In this document: positions 27,806 through 37,862 of the stretch, one piece after another | Numbering within the stretch: the first letter of the stretch is position 1 | Layout: each line of letters begins with the position of its first letter | Notes under the pieces: generated by a model | Databases searched by the model: none | What the model saw: only the letters and a program-made list of their open reading frames with translations | Told to the model about the DNA's origin: nothing | Position numbers and translations under genes: made by a program | Assembly (NCBI GenBank): GCA_002297365.1 | Contig: DBKT01000011.1 | Span: 210,650-274,649, forward strand | DNA: 64,000 nt | From: Bacillales bacterium UBA743 | GTDB taxonomy: Bacteria; Bacillota_I; Bacilli_A; RFN20; CAG-826 | Reading direction: 5' to 3'

Positions 27806-28017
27806 ACCACAGGGTCATTGTCACAGAACGTATACTGCGTTCAAATAATTTTGTTGTGGAAAGACAACCGATTCTTTATATCAAAGAAAGTCGTCGTTGT
27901 TTCAAAATAGGACAAAGCTGGTATTCTTCCTTCATTGTTCCTAAAGAATGCCTCTCCCATGAGCAAAAGGACGCGATACGTAGATTAAAAACGAGAATCA
28001 AAAACGAAAAGAAATGA
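27799..28017 (+). CDS. Small basic hypothetical protein
   Basis: 72-aa ORF overlapping the previous one by 7 bp. No further support. Confidence 0.2.
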   Translation: MLDHRVIVTERILRSNNFVVERQPILYIKESRRCFKIGQSWYSSFIVPKECLSHEQKDAIRRLKTRIKNEKK

Positions 28018-28087
28018 TAAGATTATCATCAAAAAGATCATTCAAAAAAGGCGCACTTCTTACGTTTACAATGTGCGCCTTCTTTGT

Positions 28088-29623
28088 TTATTCCAATTCA
28101 ATCGTGCTCGGTGGTTTTGAAGTAAAGTCATAAACCACACGGTTAACTCCTTTGACTTCATTCACAATGCGGTTTGAGATATGAGTAATAACTTCAAATG
28201 GAATATTAGCTGGTTTAGCAGTCATGAAATCATCGGTCGTCACCGCGCGAAGAACGATCGCATACTCATACGTTCTTCCGTCTCCCATGACTCCCACAGA
28301 ACGCATATTGGATAAGGCTGCAAAGTATTGGTTAATCTTTTTATCTAAACCCGCTTTAGCGATTTCTTCACGGAATATGGCGTCCGCATCTTGGACGATA
28401 CGAATCTTTTCTTTATTGATTTCGCCGATGATACGAATGCCTAAGCCCGGCCCTGGGAATGGTTGGCGATAAACAAGTTCATGAGGCAATCCCAACAAGA
28501 GCCCTAATTCTCTGACTTCATCCTTAAATAAATCTTTTAACGGTTCCACAAGTCCTTCAAAACCTAGATCCTTTGGAAGTCCGCCAACGTTATGATGAGA
28601 TTTAATGGTTTGAGAAATTCCCAAGCCTGATTCAATTCTGTCTGGATAGATGGTTCCCTGAGCAAGGTATTCGCAATGAGGGATCCTTTCTTTTGTTTCT
28701 TTGAAAACATCGATGAAAGATTTGCCGATGATTTTTCTTTTTTGCTCCGGATCGGTAACGCCTGCAAGCCTTTCAAGGAAAAGGTTTGAAGCGTCCACAG
28801 GCAAGAAATGGAAGCCAAATTTCTCTTTGTTAGAGAAGGTGGTAATAACATTCTTTGCCTCATCTTTCCTAAGAAGCCCATGATCGACAAATACGCAAGT
28901 CAATTGAGAACCGACGGCTTTGCCAATCAATGCGGCAACGACCGAGGAATCCACTCCTCCCGATAAAGCGCAAATAACTTTCTTATCTCCGACTTGTTTA
29001 CGAATTTCCCTAATCTTATCGTCAATAAAGGAAGAAGGTTTCCAGCTTGGAGAGCATTTGCAGATATCCCACACGAAATTCTCAATAATCTTTTGGCCGT
29101 ATTCGCTATGCTCCACTTCTGGATGGAATTGGGTCGCGTAGAGCTTTTTTTCTTCATTAATGAAAATGGAATTATGGCAATGAGCACTGCTTCCAATACA
29201 GGAAAATCCCTCAGGGAGCGTCGTGACTTGATCGTTATGCGACATGAAAACGTTGCTCGTTTGAGGAATGCCTTTGGTTAATAGAGATGAAGAATTTAGA
29301 GTCACTTCCACATTTCCGAATTCGGAAGATTCGCAGCTTTCCACTTTGCCCCCAAGAGTATATGCCATAAGCTGAGCGCCGTAGCAGATTCCAAGAATCG
29401 GTTTCCCAAGAGAGAAGATTTTAGCGTCAATATGAGGCGATTTCTCATCGTAGACACTGTTTGGGCCACCAGTGAAGATAATGCCTTTGATATCGGGCGA
29501 AGAAAGAACATCCAAAGAGGTCGTATAAGGTAAGACTTCGCTATAAACGTGGGTTTGTCTTACTCTTCTGGCGATTAACTGGTTATATTGGCCGCCAAAA
29601 TCCAAAACAATTATTTTTTCCAT
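28088..29623 (-). CDS. guaA: GMP synthase (glutamine-hydrolysing)
   Basis: Class I glutamine amidotransferase domain (GICYGAQL, catalytic Cys/His). ATP-PPase P-loop SGGVDSSV. Conserved C-terminal dimerisation domain. 511 aa. Confidence 0.9.
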   Translation of the reverse strand: MEKIIVLDFGGQYNQLIARRVRQTHVYSEVLPYTTSLDVLSSPDIKGIIFTGGPNSVYDEKSPHIDAKIFSLGKPILGICYGAQLMAYTLGGKVESCESSEFGNVEVTLNSSSLLTKGIPQTSNVFMSHNDQVTTLPEGFSCIGSSAHCHNSIFINEEKKLYATQFHPEVEHSEYGQKIIENFVWDICKCSPSWKPSSFIDDKIREIRKQVGDKKVICALSGGVDSSVVAALIGKAVGSQLTCVFVDHGLLRKDEAKNVITTFSNKEKFGFHFLPVDASNLFLERLAGVTDPEQKRKIIGKSFIDVFKETKERIPHCEYLAQGTIYPDRIESGLGISQTIKSHHNVGGLPKDLGFEGLVEPLKDLFKDEVRELGLLLGLPHELVYRQPFPGPGLGIRIIGEINKEKIRIVQDADAIFREEIAKAGLDKKINQYFAALSNMRSVGVMGDGRTYEYAIVLRAVTTDDFMTAKPANIPFEVITHISNRIVNEVKGVNRVVYDFTSKPPSTIELE

Positions 29624-29800
29624 ACAGCTCTTTATTTAACCACTTATCTCTATTTTTGCCATCTCATTTCTTTTTCGTGCGACTTAAACCGTAAGAAATT
29701 CTTTGAGAAATATAACGACGCATTTCTTGTCTGGAGAAGCATCCAGACAAACAGTCTTTTTAATCTCCTGCCGTGTTAACTTATCATTCGTTTTGAATGA

Positions 29801-29836
29801 AATGATAAGATAAATGATAAGATAAATGATAAGATA
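29801..29836 (+). repeat. Perfect tandem repeat, 12-nt unit AATGATAAGATA x3 (plus a degenerate 4th copy)
   Basis: Read directly. Encodes (NDKI)n in the remnant ORF frame. Confidence 0.85.
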
Positions 29837-30019
29837 AACGACACCGATAAAATCATTGTCGAGGCAATAAAAAACGATAAATACGTCACTATTTCGGATT
29901 TGTCAGCAAAAGCTAAAAAGTCCTTGCCGACGATACATAGACATTTGGATAACTTATCAAAACAAGGGCTTATAGGGAGAATGGGCTCTAGAAAGGCGGG
30001 CTATTGGTACGTTAAGTAA
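29801..30019 (+). pseudogene. Gene remnant: C-terminal winged-helix DNA-binding domain (about 70 aa, Fic/RecG-like-regulator type C-terminus) with no start codon
   Basis: Open frame begins directly after a TGA and contains no ATG, GTG or TTG. C-terminal motif SKQGLIGRMGSRKAGYWYV is typical of the wHTH tail of larger regulator/Fic proteins. Confidence 0.35.
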
Positions 30020-30082
30020 GGACGAGCCCAAATAAAAAACGGATGTGTTTCGCTCACATCCGTTTTGTTTTTATCAAACTTA

Positions 30083-32461
30083 TCAAAGAGGCAAATCTTT
30101 CTTCTTGAAGTCAATTCCCCCTAGAACATAAGTCACTATGGCGATAACAAGAAGGAACATCAATTTGAACCAATATGTTCCATAATCTTGTGTCATAACC
30201 GCAAGAGCATCGAATAAGGAATCGATGGTCATGTAATTGAAGATGGACATCATGGTGATGCGGATCGTTCCGGGAATGGCTTTTGTGGCAAACAGACCAA
30301 GAATGGAGCAAATGAAGAAGAAGATCGTAATTCCTCCGCCCACGCCAATGGATTCGCTTGTCTTGTTGAAATGGCAAGAAGCAAGGAAGTTGATTCCAGA
30401 AACAGCGAGAGCAACCATGAAGTTGCCAAGGGCATATAAGCAAAGATCAACGATAGGCAAACTGGTAGATAAGTCGGTCGAGCCAGACCAAATTCCTATC
30501 TCTCTTGTAACAATGCTCGCGACAAGCAAAGCAAGGGCCATTACCACTTCAGAGAAAAGGAGATAGCAGCCTTGGGTAAAGATGAAGGAGTTTCTTGTAG
30601 TTGGCGTGGATAAGGTGAAAGCAAGGGAACCCGTTTCCACTTTTTCGGATACGAGGCTCTTTGCCAACAAGATGGTGTAAACCATCGGAATAAGCAAGGC
30701 GGCGATTCCAAAAGCAACAACGCCAACGATAATGCCATACGTGTTCATCTCCCCCATTTCTTTAAGGGATTCATCAACGCTGGTAGGAAGCTGAGCCATA
30801 ACGCCTTGGCTCCCTTTGTTCATGGCAAGAAGGTTGCTATCCATTAAGGAGTAACCATTTTCTTGAAAGTCGGAATAATAGGTTTCGTAGGAAGAGATGC
30901 CGCTAGCGGCATATCCTTTCACCAAAGTCATCATTTCTTTTCCGGACATAGAAGAATTCTCAACCGTGATTTCCTCAATGCTTGAGATTTTAGGCTCATG
31001 TTTCTCATTATAGGTGCTGATTAAAGTGAGTCTTGCCATTTCGGAGACTTCTTTCTCAGCGCGGGAAGCGATGCTTTCTTTATTCACGCCTCTTTCATCA
31101 TAATAAGCGTTCTTTCCATCTTTTCTTTCAAGATAAGATTTCATGAAGTTGCTTAGATTCAAGGAAATGGTATCGATGTTTTCTTGAGCCTCTTTCTTTG
31201 CCTCGGCAATTTCTGAAGCGGTATATTCTTCACCAGTCAACGCTTCTTTTCTCATCTTTTGAAGCATGTTGCTGGTTTTGCCCATCTTGTCTTTTTCTTT
31301 GACGAAAACGTCTGGGTTATACGTCTTTACCTCGATTTCTTCTTTGATTTCATTGCCATTTTCCGCATATTTCCCCGTTCCAACCAAGCGGATTGGCCAT
31401 CCAAGGTCGCTTGTCTTGTATTCAACGGTGAAATCCGGAAGATATTGGTAATAGGCAAAGGAGGAAAGGGTATCTATTACATATTCTTGGCAGGCACTGG
31501 AAACATATAGGCTACGAATCGTTTCGTCTTTCTGATAAGCGTCTTTGTTTTTGGCATAGACCTCTTCAAGTCCGGAACAAAGCCCACCGATAAAGGAGGA
31601 GGTGTCCCCGCTAGCGAGCGTAGGGAGAAGTTTCAAAGCCGTATCGATTTTCACTTCTTCTGTCTTCTCGGATTTGTCATAAACGCGGCTGATCGCATCG
31701 GCTAAAAGGGTATATGTCTCCGCTCTTTTTGTTTCATCGAGATGATAAACGCTGACAATGCTGTCCGTGAAAGCTTCTGGGATAGCAAGCTTTAAAATCT
31801 CCTTTGTGTCTTTGCTTGTATCGGAGGCATAAATATCGAAATAATAGGAGATGATGCTCTTCGCAACGCTCTTTTCTTCTTCGGTGTAGTCCCCGTTGGC
31901 GTCTAAGGTCTTATTTACGACTTCAAGGGTTGCGCTCTTTGCGACATTCTCCTTTGTCGCGCTATCTCCTGGGGTAATGCTGTAAGTCGTGTCATAGAGT
32001 TTTTTTGCTGCATTCACGCTGTTGTTAAGTGTCTCATCCTCAACTTTGCTTACTTCCGTCTCGATAAGATTTTGAGCTTTGTTATCTGAAGCGATGAAGG
32101 ACTCATAAGCTTCGGCGCTGTTATCGTAGGCAGAGTAAAGAGAGATGGCGCCGCTCTTGATGGTATTCTCATAGTCTGCATTATCGAAAAGATCGGCTAA
32201 AGCAGAGGCCGTGGAATTAATGTGAAGGGTAGAAAGAATCGAAATGATGATCACCATGATTAAAGCGTTGCCGATCGAAACGACGCTTAAACCGCGACGA
32301 TTGGAATGGAGGGATTCCTTAAACAAAGCGGAAGAGAACAAAGAATTCCTTTTCTTTTTTTCCTTCGTTCCGTTGGAATTAGAAAGTTCTGGTGGCAATG
32401 CCATGACGCTTTCTTGCGCATTTTCGCTAACAACTGGGGTTTCAACATTCTTTTTCTTCAT
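30083..32461 (-). CDS. ABC transporter permease with one N-terminal TM, large extracytoplasmic domain and C-terminal 5-6 TM bundle (YhgE/Pip-like/ABC-2 type)
   Basis: Topology read from hydrophobicity. Directly downstream of two ABC ATPase genes with a 1-bp gap. Confidence 0.65.
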   Translation of the reverse strand: MKKKNVETPVVSENAQESVMALPPELSNSNGTKEKKKRNSLFSSALFKESLHSNRRGLSVVSIGNALIMVIIISILSTLHINSTASALADLFDNADYENTIKSGAISLYSAYDNSAEAYESFIASDNKAQNLIETEVSKVEDETLNNSVNAAKKLYDTTYSITPGDSATKENVAKSATLEVVNKTLDANGDYTEEEKSVAKSIISYYFDIYASDTSKDTKEILKLAIPEAFTDSIVSVYHLDETKRAETYTLLADAISRVYDKSEKTEEVKIDTALKLLPTLASGDTSSFIGGLCSGLEEVYAKNKDAYQKDETIRSLYVSSACQEYVIDTLSSFAYYQYLPDFTVEYKTSDLGWPIRLVGTGKYAENGNEIKEEIEVKTYNPDVFVKEKDKMGKTSNMLQKMRKEALTGEEYTASEIAEAKKEAQENIDTISLNLSNFMKSYLERKDGKNAYYDERGVNKESIASRAEKEVSEMARLTLISTYNEKHEPKISSIEEITVENSSMSGKEMMTLVKGYAASGISSYETYYSDFQENGYSLMDSNLLAMNKGSQGVMAQLPTSVDESLKEMGEMNTYGIIVGVVAFGIAALLIPMVYTILLAKSLVSEKVETGSLAFTLSTPTTRNSFIFTQGCYLLFSEVVMALALLVASIVTREIGIWSGSTDLSTSLPIVDLCLYALGNFMVALAVSGINFLASCHFNKTSESIGVGGGITIFFFICSILGLFATKAIPGTIRITMMSIFNYMTIDSLFDALAVMTQDYGTYWFKLMFLLVIAIVTYVLGGIDFKKKDLPL

Positions 32462-32462
32462 A

Positions 32463-33389
32463 TTATTTTTCCTCCTTATTTAAGGATTTTCTTCTCTCGT
32501 TGAAGTAGGTCGTGAGATTGTATTTCACTTCCGAGATGAATTTGAGATCGTATTTCTCTAATTGATCAAATAGATGGGGTATTTCTTTTTTGTCGATTCG
32601 TATGGTGGCTTGATGGTACTGAGGTTGAAGCCTTAGTATGTCTTTTCTGTTTTTGATGAAGGATTGATAGTCTTTTGCTTCCTTGAATTCAATCTTGAAG
32701 TCTCTCACCATGCGTGATTGGATTTCATGGACATCGGCTATGTCTAATATTTTCCCTTGAGACATATAGGCAACGCGGTCGCAAACCCTCTCAAGCTCTT
32801 CAATTGTATTCGAAGACATCAGCATCGTCGCGCCTCTCTCTTTTTGTTCGAGAATGAGCTTCAGAAGCTCTTCTCTCATAAGAGGGTCAAGGCCGATAGA
32901 TGGCTCATCCATGATGATGATCGGGGCTTTTAGCATCATGGCAGCCACGATGCTTGTTTTTTGTTTCATGCCCTTGCTCATCCTCTTAGGATAGGCACGG
33001 ATGTCCAGTTGCATTCTTGAGATGATTTCATTCGCATAGGCGAAATCCTCATCCTTCATGCCAAGAGCCCTGCCATAATCATGCAAGAACTCATCCCCTG
33101 AGCGGACATCGGGAAAATTGATTTCACCTGGAATGTAACCCATATAGCGTTTCGTTGAAGCGGAATCTTTATAGGCATCATAGTTATAGATGTTGATATT
33201 CCCCGTATCCGATTTGATAAAACCCATAATCTGACGGATAAGGGTTGTTTTTCCTGCGCCGTTTTCTCCAACGATTCCAAGGGTTTCACCCTGTTTTATT
33301 CGGAAAGTGACATCAAAGTTCCCTCTCCCTTGCCCATAATCCTTGGAGACATGATTCACGGAGATGACGGTTTTCTTTTCTTCGCTCAT
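32463..33389 (-). CDS. ABC transporter ATP-binding protein
   Basis: Walker A GENGAGKTT, ABC signature and Walker B IIMDEPSIGLD. Overlaps the upstream ATPase gene by 4 bp. Confidence 0.85.
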   Translation of the reverse strand: MSEEKKTVISVNHVSKDYGQGRGNFDVTFRIKQGETLGIVGENGAGKTTLIRQIMGFIKSDTGNINIYNYDAYKDSASTKRYMGYIPGEINFPDVRSGDEFLHDYGRALGMKDEDFAYANEIISRMQLDIRAYPKRMSKGMKQKTSIVAAMMLKAPIIIMDEPSIGLDPLMREELLKLILEQKERGATMLMSSNTIEELERVCDRVAYMSQGKILDIADVHEIQSRMVRDFKIEFKEAKDYQSFIKNRKDILRLQPQYHQATIRIDKKEIPHLFDQLEKYDLKFISEVKYNLTTYFNERRKSLNKEEK

Positions 33390-34315
33390 TTCTTAATTCC
33401 TCCATAAGTCTTGTCTTCTTTATAGAAGGACATGAAATAATCCTCCAACGTTTCTTTTCTTTCCGAGAAGTCGACAAAGCCGACTCGCGGCATCTCTTTG
33501 ATAAAGCGGTTAATGTCTTTTTCATCCACATATGCAGAGAGGCGGCAAGGGTTAAGGCTGCTATCCTCTACTCTGAAATGATGGGATATCAGGCTTTTCT
33601 TTGCCTCGTTCTTTTCTTTTTGATTTCCATAGGTGACGTGATATTGTTTCGTGCTCTTGTGTTTCAAATCGTTAGCGACAAAATTCGAAACGATTTTGCC
33701 ATCCTTGATAACGGCAATGCGGTCACAGCAGGAATCGACTTCTTGGAAAATGTGGCTGGAAAGGAGAATGGTTTTTCCTCTTTTCTTTTCTAGTTCGACA
33801 AGATTGATAAATCTTTCTTGCATCTCTGGATCAAGCCCAGAGGAAGGCTCATCCATGATGATGATGTCTGGGTCCGACATGAAAGCGCAAATAATAGCGG
33901 TCTTTCTTTTCATTCCCAGCGACATTTCTTTGCAATATAAATTAGAATCGTACTCAAAGGTTTTGATAAGCCAATCCAGGAAGGTTCTGTCACTCATTCC
34001 CTTGAGTTTCATTTGCTCTTCGATGACTTCCGATCCTTTTAAGGCAAGAGGAAGAGCTACTTCCCCAGGGATATAAGAGACGCCCTGCATGATTTTCGCC
34101 CTATCTTTCAAGGAGTTCTCCCCCCGAAGCAACGTCTCCCCGGCATCGGGTACGCTAAAGCCCATCAAATGACGAATTGTGGTAGATTTGCCCGCTCCAT
34201 TAGGCCCTAGGAATCCAAAACATTCCCCCTCATGAACGGAGAAAGAAACATCAAATACGCCACGTCCTTCGCCATAGTCTTTCGTAAGGTGTTTGATTTC
34301 AATGACGTCGCCCAT
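33386..34315 (-). CDS. ABC transporter ATP-binding protein
   Basis: Walker A GPNGAGKST, signature MSLGMKRK and Walker B IIIMDEPSSGLD. Confidence 0.85.
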   Translation of the reverse strand: MGDVIEIKHLTKDYGEGRGVFDVSFSVHEGECFGFLGPNGAGKSTTIRHLMGFSVPDAGETLLRGENSLKDRAKIMQGVSYIPGEVALPLALKGSEVIEEQMKLKGMSDRTFLDWLIKTFEYDSNLYCKEMSLGMKRKTAIICAFMSDPDIIIMDEPSSGLDPEMQERFINLVELEKKRGKTILLSSHIFQEVDSCCDRIAVIKDGKIVSNFVANDLKHKSTKQYHVTYGNQKEKNEAKKSLISHHFRVEDSSLNPCRLSAYVDEKDINRFIKEMPRVGFVDFSERKETLEDYFMSFYKEDKTYGGIKK

Positions 34316-34443
34316 ATTCTTTACCTCCTTTGAAGTTATTGACCTTTAGTACAATATCTTCCGTTGAGTATGTTATTACAACACTATTCCATTTACAATA
34401 CTTTAGTGCTAAAATTTTTCACGTTCGAAAGAAGAGGCAGATT

Positions 34444-35040
34444 ATGACAGACGAAAAGAATATCAGCAACAAAGAGGATGCGCGTATCGTGCGCACGAAA
34501 AGGGATTTGGCAAACGCCTTGGAAGATCTTTTAAAAGAAAGAAACATGGAAGACATATCGATTAAAGACATCACCGACCGCGCGTTGATTTCCAAAAATA
34601 CTTTCTATAACAATTTCAATGATAAGAATGAGTTGCTCGTTTTTCTTTTTGAGCGTTATGAAAATGCTTTATTGAAAGATATAAAACCGATACTCGACAA
34701 AACGTTTTATGCGACCCGTATCTTCAATTTCCGCAAAACGGTTGATGTCATAGTTCACTTTTTCTACACCACGGATCTGCCCTTTAAGCAAATCATTCGG
34801 AACGACACATCCCGCGTCCTATTTTATAGTCTTAACGTTTTTATCCAGGATATCTTTGCGAGATTGGAGAAGAATTATGAGAAATTCTTAACCAAAAAGG
34901 TAAATAGCGAGATCACTTCCGCTTTTTATGCAGGCGCTTTCGCCAGCACCATTTATTTCGCTTACACCAAGGATTTGGATATGAAAGAAAAAGAGCTCTC
35001 TCACGATCTTGTTCGTTTGTCTTTGCCGATCGTGGAATAG
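34444..35040 (+). CDS. TetR/AcrR-family transcriptional regulator, divergent from the ABC operon. The preferred start is the ATG at 34444.
   Basis: N-terminal TetR HTH (IVRTKRDLANALEDLL...ISIKDITDRALISKNTFYNNFNDK). SD AAGAGGCAG upstream of 34444. Confidence 0.8.
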   Translation: MTDEKNISNKEDARIVRTKRDLANALEDLLKERNMEDISIKDITDRALISKNTFYNNFNDKNELLVFLFERYENALLKDIKPILDKTFYATRIFNFRKTVDVIVHFFYTTDLPFKQIIRNDTSRVLFYSLNVFIQDIFARLEKNYEKFLTKKVNSEITSAFYAGAFASTIYFAYTKDLDMKEKELSHDLVRLSLPIVE

Positions 35041-35045
35041 CTCAG

Positions 35046-36386
35046 TTAATCCTTCATCTCTTCGGGATGATGCAAAAGATGCACATCGAGGAAGGCCGAA
35101 AGAATCACCCCCGTGCAAGCAATCCCGCTCATCACAAAGAAAACCACGAAAGTGAAATCGGTGAAGTAAGGATAGCAAAGCTGCAGGAGGGAGTTGACCA
35201 ACTGAAAGATAAGCGGGGCAACAAAGACCGCTTTTCTTCTTAATTTTGGCCCTAATATATGGTTAAGCATGCCTAGATTGCTTGTAACGTATAAGCCACT
35301 TGCCATCCCCTTCAAAGAATGAATCAAAATGATGCCCGTTACCAAAAGTGTGGAAACGTGCTCCGGGCCAACAAAGAAATAAGAGAAAAGGCCGAAAGAA
35401 AAAGTTTCGATGCAAATTAGCCCTAAGGCGAGGCTTAAGGAGAAACGAATCTTTTTCCCGATTCCAAAATGAGTGTTGATGAACACAAAAAGAAATTCAA
35501 AAAGATAGCTCACGCCCAAATAAATGCCCCACGTCAGAGGATTAAAAGAATTCAATGTTTCCGTAAGGCTTTCATAAGAAGACCACAAAGAGGAAGTCAA
35601 GGAATCGCTTGCCCATATAAGAGGAATCCACAAAGAGGCCAAAAAGAGATAAAAGACATAGTTCTTATTCTGAAACAAGAGCCTCGTTGGAACATGCTCA
35701 TCGCTATCGGAATGATACAAAGAACTTGGGAATGGCTTAAAAATAAAAGTGAGGCCAAAGAGCAAAATAAGCAAAGGGGATGAAACAAGAAACAGAAACA
35801 AATAGCCTTTATATCCAATAAAGTAGGATTCTGCGATATAACCCGCTAAAGGAGAAGCAATCGCCGGCATCAAGACCCCATAAAGGCAAATATGCCCGTA
35901 TCGGCTTCCCTCTGCAACATTAATGTCCGCTGCGCAGGAAGCATGAAAAGAAAGAAAAGCCCAATGAAGTCCCATCAAGATAGAAGAGAAGGCGACAAAC
36001 AAAGCGAATAACGCATAGTATTCCCCTTTTCTAACAATCTCCCCTGTCGGATTTAAGCCGGTTGGCAGAAAAATACCGAGCAAAGAAAAGACAAGGATGG
36101 AAACAAAACTTCCGCAAATCAAGCCTCTCATGACTTTAAGATTCGTTTTTTGATGTGAGACGAAAAAAGAACAGATGAAAATGCCAATCGCTGCGCCAAA
36201 AGGAGGCAAAAACAAACTCAAGGAAGACATTTTAGAGGTCCACCCCAATTGTTTTCTGCACTCGTTTAAAAAAATAGTGAGAAACGAAATCACCATGCCT
36301 TCAAAAAAAGAAGCGGCGGCAAAAAAGATTTGGGCTTTAGCCGTCTCAGGTTTCTGTTTTCGATCCAAATAAAAGGTAAAACGCAT
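35046..36386 (-). CDS. Major facilitator superfamily-like transporter (12 predicted TM)
   Basis: 446 aa, two 6-TM halves. No ATPase partner. Confidence 0.5.
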   Translation of the reverse strand: MRFTFYLDRKQKPETAKAQIFFAAASFFEGMVISFLTIFLNECRKQLGWTSKMSSLSLFLPPFGAAIGIFICSFFVSHQKTNLKVMRGLICGSFVSILVFSLLGIFLPTGLNPTGEIVRKGEYYALFALFVAFSSILMGLHWAFLSFHASCAADINVAEGSRYGHICLYGVLMPAIASPLAGYIAESYFIGYKGYLFLFLVSSPLLILLFGLTFIFKPFPSSLYHSDSDEHVPTRLLFQNKNYVFYLFLASLWIPLIWASDSLTSSLWSSYESLTETLNSFNPLTWGIYLGVSYLFEFLFVFINTHFGIGKKIRFSLSLALGLICIETFSFGLFSYFFVGPEHVSTLLVTGIILIHSLKGMASGLYVTSNLGMLNHILGPKLRRKAVFVAPLIFQLVNSLLQLCYPYFTDFTFVVFFVMSGIACTGVILSAFLDVHLLHHPEEMKD

Positions 36387-36405
36387 GAGAATATCTTACT
36401 TATCT

Positions 36406-36891
36406 TTAAGAAACGGGCGTTTCGTTCTTCTTTAAGAAACAAAAAGTCCTCATAGTTAAGATATGCAATGTCAAATAGCCAGCCATAAGCAAAAGAATGA
36501 CAAATACATAAACGAGATTTATGATTCCCTCCCCTTCGGTTAAAGAAAGGATAGACCCCACAATAAAGTAAACACCCAGAGACAGAACAACAAGGCAGAT
36601 TAAGATTTCAAAAACAAGCACGCTTATTCTTTTGGCTTTTGTTTTTTCTTTCTTGGAAAATCCAAGTGCCAAACCAAAGGCATCCAAAAGAAGAGCAAGA
36701 CAAATCGGAATCAAAAAATACAAGGAGAGCAAAGTCATTTGCGTTGACGTGGCATCTCCTCCCCCTTGAGCAGCATCTCCTAAGCCGCCAATCAAAGCAA
36801 AAATCAAATGGATAAACAATCCTAGAAGCAGCAATAAAATATCGCTTAAGATATGAAACACCAACAGAATGGTTTTTTGTGTTCTGCTCAT
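36406..36891 (-). CDS. Small integral membrane protein (4 TM), hypothetical
   Basis: 161-aa hydrophobic ORF. Confidence 0.35.
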   Translation of the reverse strand: MSRTQKTILLVFHILSDILLLLLGLFIHLIFALIGGLGDAAQGGGDATSTQMTLLSLYFLIPICLALLLDAFGLALGFSKKEKTKAKRISVLVFEILICLVVLSLGVYFIVGSILSLTEGEGIINLVYVFVILLLMAGYLTLHILTMRTFCFLKKNETPVS

Positions 36892-36977
36892 AGATTTTCC
36901 TTTCTAAGCAAATTGTATTAAAAACGTTCTAAATTATCAAAAACAACATGTAAAACGAATGCATGTCTCCCTTCTTT

Positions 36978-37673
36978 TTATAAAACGTCTGATATTTTGC
37001 TTAAATCGGAAATCGCAAAATCAATCCTATCGGGGGGCGTATCCACTTTTTTCTTATTAAAGAAACAGGTGTGCATCCCCGCATTAAATCCGCCTTTCAT
37101 ATCAGAGGTTAAGGAATCTCCGATGATGCAGGCATCCTTAGGAAGGATGATATCCGTCCTATTTGCGTTAATCTCCCCAAAGGCTTTTAAGAAGAAAAGA
37201 GGAGACGGTTTCGAATAGCCGATTTTTTCCGAAATAAAGAAATAGGTGAAATAACGGTCCATCTTTGCGAGGGATAAACGATGGATTTGCTGCTCATAAG
37301 GGCCGTTGCTTGCAACCGCAAGAATATATTTCTTAGAAAGATAGTCAAGCATCTTGTAAGCGCCATCAACAGGAATCGCGCTTTCAAAAAGCTGAGAACG
37401 ATAATATGCTTCAAATAAAGTCGGATCAAAAGATGGTTTTATATGCAACGCCTCGAAAACTCTTTGGAAACGAACGTGCTTAAGCCCGTCGATATGGAGC
37501 GTTCCCTCTTCGATTTTCCGCCAAAGCTTATCGTTTTCTTGGTGAAATACATCTAACATATAGGGTTCGAATTCCGGCAAAGAGAAGCGCTTAAAACCCT
37601 TTTTCAAGCTTTCTTCCGTGTATTTATCAAAGTCCAACAACGTATTATCAATATCGATAAAAATCAATTTCAT
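36978..37673 (-). CDS. HAD-superfamily hydrolase, subfamily IA (YjjG-like nucleotidase type). The preferred start is the ATG at 37673; the track start at 37685 is a TTG.
   Basis: Motif I FIDIDNTL (DxD). Motif II SNG (ASNGP). Motif III/IV K...GDSLTSD. SD GGGAG upstream of the ATG. Confidence 0.75.
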   Translation of the reverse strand: MKLIFIDIDNTLLDFDKYTEESLKKGFKRFSLPEFEPYMLDVFHQENDKLWRKIEEGTLHIDGLKHVRFQRVFEALHIKPSFDPTLFEAYYRSQLFESAIPVDGAYKMLDYLSKKYILAVASNGPYEQQIHRLSLAKMDRYFTYFFISEKIGYSKPSPLFFLKAFGEINANRTDIILPKDACIIGDSLTSDMKGGFNAGMHTCFFNKKKVDTPPDRIDFAISDLSKISDVL

Positions 37674-37862
37674 AATCGCTCCCAATTCCTTTCTGTATTC
37701 TAAATGAATGCGTCCAACTATAGAAAGCTCTATTGATTATATAAATATAAAGGTAAGCATTCGAAAGAGGGAGGCAATTAAAAAACCTGGCGAATATCCA
37801 TGCTTGTTTTGAAAAAAAGGACGGACCCCTGTATGAAAAAGCCTTCCTAGGAATATTTTTCT

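Noticed and set aside
29624-29800. Possible purine (guanine) riboswitch in the guaA leader
   Set aside because: I read the leader on the minus strand. The conserved purine-riboswitch cores (UAUA...GGGAAUAUGGCCC...GUUUCUACC...CCGUAAAU) are not present; there is only a generic hairpin.
34330-34443. Upstream extension of the TetR ORF (start at 34330)
   Set aside because: It has no SD and a hydrophobic non-TetR N-terminus. The ATG at 34444 is preceded by AAGAGG and starts the HTH-containing sequence.
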